Shown in pieces: positions 63,822 through 64,000 of a stretch of 64,000 bases of DNA (within the stretch, counting starts at the first letter, position 1; each line of letters starts with the position of its first letter). The stretch is from Octopus bimaculoides (lineage: Eukaryota). The notes beneath the pieces were generated by a model. That model saw nothing but the letters and a program-made list of their open reading frames with translations. It did no database searches and had not been told where the DNA came from. The translations under genes and the position numbers were made by a program. Location: the NCBI RefSeq assembly GCF_001194135.2, contig NC_068996.1, positions 51,869,883 to 51,933,882 of the forward strand. The letters run 5' to 3'.

Positions 63822-64000
63822 TATCATCATCATCATCATCATCATCATCGTTTAACGTCTGCTTTCCATGCTAGCATGGGTTGGACGATTTGATTGAGGA
63901 CTGGTGAAACCGGATGGCAACACCAGGCTCCAATCTAATTTGGCAGAGTTTCTACAGCTGGATGCCCTTCCTAATGCCAACCACTCAGAGAGTGTAGTGG
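63822..64000 (-). mobile_element. RTE tail and 3'UTR running off the window end
   Basis: (CAT)n-GTTTAACGTC..CCATGCTAGCATGG..GGATGCCCTTCC. Confidence 0.9.

Overview
This window is AT-rich, microsatellite-dense eukaryotic DNA with nine N-gaps. It is not prokaryotic. The repeat complement suggests a coleoid cephalopod, probably Octopus (inference). I cannot confidently identify a host protein-coding gene, and most six-frame ORFs are microsatellite artefacts or decayed transposon ORFs. The window contains: (1) about 20 pieces of one RTE LINE system with a (GAT)n tail and a modular, palindrome-rich 3'UTR, plus other RTE lineages; (2) about nine R4/Dong-type LINE fragments, several embedded in (TAA)n tracts; (3) an L1/Tx1-type RT relic; (4) Penelope GIY-YIG fragments and Penelope-type repeats carrying degenerate minimal hammerhead ribozymes; (5) an internally deleted Ty3/gypsy (Mag-like) element with both LTRs, PBS, PPT and a 5-bp TSD; (6) five Tc1/mariner relics, including a full-length TIR-bounded DD36E element and a DD37D fragment; (7) four distinct tRNA-derived SINE families; (8) a Helentron-type non-autonomous element; (9) a CpG-rich promoter-like island at about 45.5-46.25 kb. 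The strongest leads are the hammerhead family with swappable palindromic loops, the DD36E transposon, and the RTE 3'UTR module and tail-sharing system. Boundaries of decayed elements are approximate.
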